A DNA stretch of 64,000 bases, taken from Octopus bimaculoides (Eukaryota). The position numbers and the translations under genes are program-made. The stretch covers positions 136,282,147-136,346,146 of the forward strand of contig NC_068982.1 of NCBI RefSeq assembly GCF_001194135.2, read 5' to 3'. This document shows positions 63,640-64,000 of this stretch, one piece after another. The notes under the pieces are model-generated. The model saw only the letters and a program-made list of their open reading frames with translations, did no database searches and was not told the DNA's origin. Numbering within the stretch: the stretch's first letter is position 1; the number at the start of each line of letters is the position of its first letter.

Positions 63640-64000
63640 TTATTATTATTATGTTGTTTTTTTTCTTTTTTCTTCAAATTTTCTTCCATTTCTCGCCGAG
63701 TGTTTTCCGTACACCTAGGGCAGAGAAACTCGTTGTATGCATTCCCAGTTTACACACGCAAATTCACAGGTAAAATATGTGTATTTAAGAAAAAAAAAAT
63801 ATTCATGAATGGATGTTGTTTTCACAGCGATAATGCTCTTCTCAGTACATGAGTCGTTCCAGTTAGCACGATTTTTTGCACTTCCTGTAGGGATGGTAAG
63901 CCTGGTATCATTTTCAAATAGGTTTCAGTAACTTTTTTTTATCATTCCTAGAGATCCTACAATCACCGGTATGGTAGTCGCCTTGAGGTGCCACATTTTT
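63640..64000 (-). mobile_element. R4/Dong-type LINE 3' end (second, tandem)
   Basis: KMWHLKATTIPVIVGSLGMIKK...LQEVQKIVLTGTTHVLRRALSL*. The 3' UTR ends in (AAT)n at about 63637-63650. Confidence 0.8.

Overview
Eukaryotic (animal) genomic DNA: AT-rich, rich in microsatellites and broken by many N-gaps. It looks like a large intron or intergenic region, and I could not identify any intact host gene. The SINE types and repeat landscape resemble a coleoid cephalopod (octopus) draft assembly; this is inference from recall, not a search result. The window is dominated by decayed transposons. These are four tRNA-derived SINE families (my labels A-D), two L1/Tx1-type LINEs, CR1-type, RTE-type and HERO-type LINE fragments, about eight R4/Dong-type RLE LINE fragments (several abutting (AAT)n arrays), two Penelope-like elements with different GIY-YIG domains, one full-length mariner, and pogo and hAT MITE-like pieces. 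Highlights: (1) an intronless, disrupted WDR3/Dip2/Utp12 coding fragment flanked by inverted AT-rich termini (44564-45236); (2) five hammerhead-ribozyme-like motifs, one inside a 296-nt self-complementary element (1827-2122) and one inside a 295-nt terminally redundant unit (50356-50693), both retrozyme-like; (3) one SINE head carrying three interchangeable 3' tails, one matching the 3' end of the Tx1 LINE in this window, and a second SINE family sharing its tail with a CR1 LINE. Most ORFs in the supplied track are artefacts of microsatellites, gaps or SINEs. Boundaries of decayed elements are approximate, often by tens of bases.
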